64,000 nucleotides of DNA, taken from Chloroflexota bacterium. Lineage in GTDB: Bacteria; Chloroflexota; JAHJIN01. The notes under the pieces are model-generated. The model had not been told where the DNA came from. It worked only from the letters and a program-made list of their open reading frames with translations, and made no database searches. Positions 60,201-64,000 of this stretch are shown here, piece after piece; the first letter of the stretch is position 1; each line of letters starts with the position of its first letter. The DNA is taken from positions 46,880 to 110,879 of the forward strand of contig JAHJIN010000185.1 of assembly GCA_018823415.1 (NCBI GenBank), written 5' to 3'. Position numbers and translations under genes: made by a program.

Positions 60201-62716
60201 ATCGTCTCCAGGATCTGGGCCGGGTCTAGTGAGGCTAGGATGGCTTGACCGATCTGGTTCAGGGCAGTCAGTTGCTCATTGCGCCGTTGCGTGGCCTCTT
60301 CCATTGCCTTGCGGGCCGAGATGTCGGTCACGGCACTGAGCGCGCCGGCATAGGTGGTGCCCTCGAACACGGGCCGGGCGCTGACGATGACCGGGATGCG
60401 GCGCTGGTCCGGGCCTTGCAGGACCGTTTCATAGCGACTGGTGATGCCCCGAGACCGCTTGCCGGTTTCTTCATGCACCTCGGGCTGATGCTCCGGGGGC
60501 ACAATGACAGACCAGTGCTGCCCCAACAATGCGGTGGCCGAACAACCCAGCAGCGACTCGGTGGCCGGGTTCACAAATGTGATATGCCCCTCGGCATCTT
60601 CGACAATGATCCCCTCTTCAACACCCTGGACAATGCTCTCGTTAAATTCCTTTAGCTGGCGCAGTTCGGCCTCCACACGCTGGCGTTGGATGGCGGTCCC
60701 AAACATCCCAGACGCCGCGTGCAGGGCCTCGACCTCGGCCGGTGACCAGATGCGCTCGTGCACACAGTCGTCAAAACCGATGAACCCCCACCACCGGGCG
60801 TCCACAAAGACCGGCACGGCGATCATGGAACGGACCCCCTGTGGTTCCAGGACGGCACGCTCGGATGCCGGGAACTCGCGAATCAGACCGTGGACCACCT
60901 CGTTGCGACTCAATATTTGCCGGTGCCGCTCCATTCCCCCTTTTACCCACGGAAAGTTCTGTGCGGCACGAGTCCCCAGCAGCGAGGTTGTGCCGGCGGC
61001 GGTCCATTCGTACCGTTCGTTGGTCAACAAGATGCCATCAGCGGTTTCGTGATTCTCAAAGACATAGGCCCGGCTGACATTTATGGCCTCGCCCAGGCGT
61101 GCCAGGGCTGCCTGAATGCTGACGTCGAAATCGCCAGGGGCCAGAAACTGCTCGGCGGCGAAAGAGACCGCATTGAGGATGGTATCTCGACTCTGCAAGG
61201 CCAGCTCTGCTTCTTTGCGCGCGGTGATGTCGCTGGCAATGCCGGTCAATCCCATCATCTGGTTGTCACGCATCACCGGGCGGCTGACTGTGCGGGTCCA
61301 GATGTAGCGCCCATCCTGGGCGCGCAGGCGGAATTCGAGCGGCTGGGGAGTATCTCCTTGCAATACATGGTCGAGGCGCTCCAACACAGTGGGCAAATCA
61401 TCAGGGTGAATGAACTCGACGAAACGTCGGCCTGTTACCTCGGCGGCTTGATACCCCCCCAGGTGCTCGATGGACGGGCTGCAATACGCGATCAAGCCTT
61501 CTGTATCCAGCTCAAAGATCAGGTCGTGCACGTTTTCTACCAGGTGCCGATAGCGGGCCTCGGATTCCTGGGCTCGCTCGTAGATCTGGGCGTTCTGGAT
61601 GGCGCTGGCGATGGCCCCGGCCACCTGCTGTAACAGGCCCATGTGGTGCTCGGAAAAGGCGGCCGGCTGCGTGCTGGCCAGATTCAAGGCCCCAATGGGC
61701 TGGTCGCTGACCACGAGAGGCACGTTGATCCGAGAGCGCAGGCCGGCTTCGTAGAGCAATCGTTCCCCGACAAAATCTGTCTCGGTGCTCAGATCGGGGG
61801 TCAGGTGCGGCTGGCCGGCCAGGACATCTGGGCCGGCGGCCGTGGCTGTCAGCGGCATCGTGACGCCCGCGCCTAACGGGGCATCTGGCTGTCCCAGTGC
61901 AGCCAGCGCGTGCATGGTGAAACTGGGCGGGTCTGTATTGAGCAAGGCAATGCTGGCTCGGTCAAAGGGCACCAGGCGGCCCAGTTCCCGGGCCACCGCG
62001 CCAAACACGTCCTTGACGTTCCGGCTGGCATTGAGGGCCTGGATGATGACATTGATCGCGCCGGCCTCACGCTCCCGGCGTGCCAGTTGTTCGTAGAGCT
62101 GGGCATTCTCCAACGCCGCCGAGACCAGATCGGCAAAGGCAGTGATGGCCGGAACATCGGCCGGGACCAGGGTCCTGGCGATGACGGACAGGACGCCGGT
62201 TACCTCTCCATCAACGGCTAACGGGGCCGTGATGCTGCGCCCAAAACTCGCCGCCTGGATGATCGGTCGGGCCGGCCGACGCAGAGGTTTCGGCAAGAGT
62301 TCCAGGATACCCGACATCGGGTCTGGATCGAGGATCGTCTGCCCCGTTTCGACTACCTGCCGGAAAATATTCCCCCACTCGACCGGGAACGTATAGCCGA
62401 TCAGCCGGCCCCCCAGCAGCTTTTGGAACGCAGCCAGCGTGGAGGAGCCAAGATTCACGTGACCGACGACAAGCTGGCGCTTGTCCTGGTTCAGCAAGAG
62501 AACGGCACTGTATAGGCTCAGCGATTCCAGTTCCCGGCTCACTGCCTCGAACACGGCATCAGGCGAGTGCGCGGCTCGCTCGCGAAGCGCGGCAGCCGCG
62601 GCCGCATTGAGCGCGCGCAGCATGTCTCCGGATCGCCGGGGGGCAGTCTCGGATACCTGGGTCGCGTCGGGTTGGTCATTCATGGTCGATACTCCGTCGT
62701 TCACCTGGCGCATCAT
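57260..62716 (-). CDS. giant multi-GAF/PAS hybrid sensor histidine kinase with C-terminal receiver
   Basis: Several GAF and PAS blocks. H-box GGIAHDFNNLL, HATPase GLGLAMV, receiver VILDMGLPRLSG. ATG 62716 forms an ATGA overlap with the upstream stop. The track start 62755 (GTG) is an alternative. Confidence 0.85.
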   Translation of the reverse strand: MMRQVNDGVSTMNDQPDATQVSETAPRRSGDMLRALNAAAAAALRERAAHSPDAVFEAVSRELESLSLYSAVLLLNQDKRQLVVGHVNLGSSTLAAFQKLLGGRLIGYTFPVEWGNIFRQVVETGQTILDPDPMSGILELLPKPLRRPARPIIQAASFGRSITAPLAVDGEVTGVLSVIARTLVPADVPAITAFADLVSAALENAQLYEQLARREREAGAINVIIQALNASRNVKDVFGAVARELGRLVPFDRASIALLNTDPPSFTMHALAALGQPDAPLGAGVTMPLTATAAGPDVLAGQPHLTPDLSTETDFVGERLLYEAGLRSRINVPLVVSDQPIGALNLASTQPAAFSEHHMGLLQQVAGAIASAIQNAQIYERAQESEARYRHLVENVHDLIFELDTEGLIAYCSPSIEHLGGYQAAEVTGRRFVEFIHPDDLPTVLERLDHVLQGDTPQPLEFRLRAQDGRYIWTRTVSRPVMRDNQMMGLTGIASDITARKEAELALQSRDTILNAVSFAAEQFLAPGDFDVSIQAALARLGEAINVSRAYVFENHETADGILLTNERYEWTAAGTTSLLGTRAAQNFPWVKGGMERHRQILSRNEVVHGLIREFPASERAVLEPQGVRSMIAVPVFVDARWWGFIGFDDCVHERIWSPAEVEALHAASGMFGTAIQRQRVEAELRQLKEFNESIVQGVEEGIIVEDAEGHITFVNPATESLLGCSATALLGQHWSVIVPPEHQPEVHEETGKRSRGITSRYETVLQGPDQRRIPVIVSARPVFEGTTYAGALSAVTDISARKAMEEATQRRNEQLTALNQIGQAILASLDPAQILETIATRAVGLLAADAAGICEWEANGTSMVVNVAHGLRPAFQDALRSVHVQIDQTSTIGQAIDSRKPVHLADVRATPNYGYKALLLDEGYVSVTAAPMLSGDQVLGGILLWWRQPRTLDPADMTLLATLADLATIALENARLFQNNQRRLHEQSSLMATARYMSSTLDLDQVLQRVIETAITAIGPAEKGTLHLWDEKRGELRVQTGVGYDPDLLVAVTLKPGEGFAGWVFAHREPVIVGNVHADPRFKSVDSAQAYEEKSLLSVPLIVRDQAIGTLSLDNVTSYQAFTTEHQDLLMLFASRAAVAIDNAWLFQETQQRAADLSTLYDVIVAATTSVHLDQILEHAAQSLHRVLNADDVVVMLLDPDTNYLVCLASTAFPDQVPHMQPWPVDQGVMSWVVQNDQAVLLPDVRQDERYYPYDPQTRSELCVPLSTRSRVIGALNIESHQSNAFTEADLHLVSTLASHLATVIENARLIQNLRSSETRYRALFEQANDAVFLETLDGRILDVNARACEMLGYSRDELLTMSVSDLLPPLIETQIPQLIERELQNDGLRLEAENVRKDGSRVPVEVSTSVLRLNGDQLVLALVRDISERRRLEEQLRQAQKMEAIGTLAGGIAHDFNNLLGGILGFASLMERDLPADSPLRTSVDTIIQSARRGAELTNQLLAFARGGRYEVRPTDLDDLTREVLRLLARTVDKAITLETRLAANLAVVEGDAGQLHQMLLNLCLNACDAMPTGGYLIVETENTSLGEKGSPAALGLEPGAYVRIRVTDTGVGMDQETQQRIFEPFFTTKKGQPGKPHSGLGLAMVYGIVRSHGGIIQVNSALGRGTTFTVYLPAGQEQPSAPIAAPIESAGGVETILVVDDEDFIRTLLQQALESAGYTVLTAADGWQALETYQKHRPHVHLVILDMGLPRLSGADTFRHLQEIDPEVAVLISSGYAEDDRARAMLNAGARGFLPKPYDLDELLSKVRQVLDHHT

Positions 62717-63480
62717 GCTGCCGTCCCGGTGGTGGGCCGACGCAGGATCAGGCACCGAAATGCCTCGGCATAGCGCGTGGGGCCGGTCCCCGATTCTTCC
62801 GTACAGGTGGCGGCCACCTGCGCGGCCCGGGCTCGTATACGCTGGCTCAACGCCTCCCAGTCCTGGCCCACCTGGCTGCGGTGCTCGCTCAAGGCCCGGA
62901 TCTTGAGGTCGATGGTGTCGGAGATGTCTACCCAGGTGTCGGGTTCACCGGCGCCCCACAGATACACCACGCTCACGTCGTGCGGCGCCAGGCCCTCGCC
63001 CAGCAACTCGGCAAAGATCCAGCGCGTCCCGGCCGAAGGGAACACGGCATCCAGTGCCGCGTCGGCAGCAGCCCGGTGGTCCGGGTGGTTTACATAGCCG
63101 CTGCCATAAAAGCGCATGGTGGGATCGCCGCACACTACCGTGTCAGGCCGAAAGCGGCGGATCTGGCGGGTGAGATCGCGGCGCAACTCGAGCGTGGGCT
63201 GCAACGTGCCATCTTCATAGTCCAAAAAGATCACCTGACGCACGCCCAGGATGGCGCTGGCGGCCTCTTGCTCCTGGCGGCGGATCACGGCCAGTTCGGC
63301 CGGGCGGCAGTCCGGGTCGTTCGAGCCTCTACTGCCATCAGTACAGATCACAGTAAACACCTCGGCGCCCTGGCGGATCCAGTGTGCCAACGTGCCGGCG
63401 ATGGTAAACTCTTCGTCGTCCGGGTGCGCAGCAATCACCAGTACCCGGTGCGGGATGTGCGGCGTGCTAGTCGTGGGCAT
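62713..63480 (-). CDS. PIG-L/LmbE-family deacetylase
   Basis: ATG 63480 after GAGGAGG. VLVIAAHPDDEEF, ...HPDHRAA motifs. The track version starts too early. Confidence 0.8.
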   Translation of the reverse strand: MPTTSTPHIPHRVLVIAAHPDDEEFTIAGTLAHWIRQGAEVFTVICTDGSRGSNDPDCRPAELAVIRRQEQEAASAILGVRQVIFLDYEDGTLQPTLELRRDLTRQIRRFRPDTVVCGDPTMRFYGSGYVNHPDHRAAADAALDAVFPSAGTRWIFAELLGEGLAPHDVSVVYLWGAGEPDTWVDISDTIDLKIRALSEHRSQVGQDWEALSQRIRARAAQVAATCTEESGTGPTRYAEAFRCLILRRPTTGTAA

Positions 63481-63592
63481 GGGGCCTCCTCGTTGATTGC
63501 TAATTGACTGGCGTATTATAGCACATTTGCGGTGTCCGTGGTATAATGGGTTGGCCGCCCAACGCGGACGCTTTCGTGCTGAGGAGGAGAAC

Positions 63593-64000
63593 ATGACCGA
63601 CCCATTGATCCTGGCTATTGACAATGGCACCCAGAGCGTGCGCGCGCTGCTCTTTGACCTGCACGGCAACCTGGTAGCCAAATCGCGCGTGCCCATCGAG
63701 CCGTATGTGTCGCCGCAACCGGGTTGGGCCGAGCAGGACCCGGCCTATTATTGGGACAATCTGTGCATGGCTTGCCAGCAACTCTGGTCTCTGACCGATG
63801 TGCCCAAGAGTGCTATCGCCGGGGTGGCCCTCACCACCCAGCGCGCCACCATGATCAACCTGGATAAGGACGGCCAGCCTTTGCGCCCGGCCATCGTCTG
63901 GCTGGATCAGCGCCGCACCGAGGGCCTGCCGCCGGTGAGCGGGCGTTGGGGCCTGATCTTCAAGTTAGTGCGCATGACGGAAACGGTGGCCTATCTGCAG
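63593..64000 (+). CDS. FGGY-family carbohydrate kinase, 3' end cut by window edge (absent from ORF track)
   Basis: ATG after [33 protein letters not shown]...GWAEQDP...AIVWLDQR is the typical FGGY_N signature. Confidence 0.75.
   Translation, partial: MTDPLILAIDNGTQSVRALLFDLHGNLVAKSRVPIEPYVSPQPGWAEQDPAYYWDNLCMACQQLWSLTDVPKSAIAGVALTTQRATMINLDKDGQPLRPAIVWLDQRRTEGLPPVSGRWGLIFKLVRMTETVAYLQ

Noticed and set aside
1-64000. tRNA, rRNA, CRISPR, transposase, integrase or phage genes
   Set aside because: By-eye scanning of intergenic regions and translations showed none. A tRNAscan or Infernal run would be needed to be certain about small RNAs.

Overview
High-GC bacterial chromosomal segment. G+C looks like roughly two thirds by eye and was not computed. 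Gene content and the many REP-like palindromes are reminiscent of filamentous Chloroflexota, but taxonomy cannot be checked without a search. All family calls come from motifs I recognise by reading the translations; no BLAST, HMM or covariance search was run.

Coding is dense, about 50 real genes. Many long ORFs in the supplied track are antisense or alternate-frame shadows typical of high-GC DNA. Two edge-truncated genes (1-1793 minus, 63593-64000 plus) are missing from the track.

Layout:
- 0-25 kb: mixed housekeeping, envelope and signalling genes. These include a TPR protein, a GAF histidine kinase, a G5/beta-propeller lipoprotein, a CheY-like receiver and a Wzx-like flippase. There is also an MFS plus giant S8 protease operon, NUDIX, DUF89, an ABC exporter, a nitroreductase, a LysM protein and an IMPase. 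The block ends with two SARP/BTAD regulators.
- 25.1-48.5 kb: a large polyhydroxyalkanoate (PHA) and acyl-CoA island. It has three PHA synthases (two class I-like, one class III with a PhaE-like partner) and four phasin-like paralogs. It also has a FabG/PhaB-like reductase, a CoA-transferase fused to a periplasmic-binding-protein fold, a FabH-like KAS III and two alpha/beta hydrolases. A MaoC/PhaJ-like hydratase and a Liv-type ABC importer complete it.
- 30.9-34.3 kb, embedded antisense in that island: the most interesting object. Three independently promoted paralogous small ORFs have a conserved 25-aa N-terminus and hypervariable 7-Cys, Gly-rich tails. A PqqD(RRE)-HPr-kinase-like fusion gene and a decayed duplicate of its 5' end sit with them. 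I read this as an orphan RiPP-like system.
- 48.5-64 kb: a candidate c-di-GMP-I riboswitch with terminator in front of an S8 protease that ends in about 18 GQTWTGG heptads. After it come an ATP-dependent DNA ligase, a PHP-domain protein, MutY, an AP-superfamily phosphodiesterase, a roughly 1800-aa multi-GAF/PAS hybrid kinase, a PIG-L deacetylase and a truncated FGGY kinase.

Other non-coding signals:
- Three promoters carry NGTAAC direct repeats at 11-bp phasing, a fixed 16 nt from a TAYCAT -10 box (SARP-type architecture).
- A GAGATAGAGA-N3-GAGATAGAGA module family punctuates the PHA island. One pair forms 24-nt inverted repeats around a four-helix-bundle (23S rRNA IVS protein family) gene.
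- A 31-nt REP-like element lies in frame inside the class III phaC.

No tRNA, rRNA, CRISPR array, transposase or integrase was recognised.
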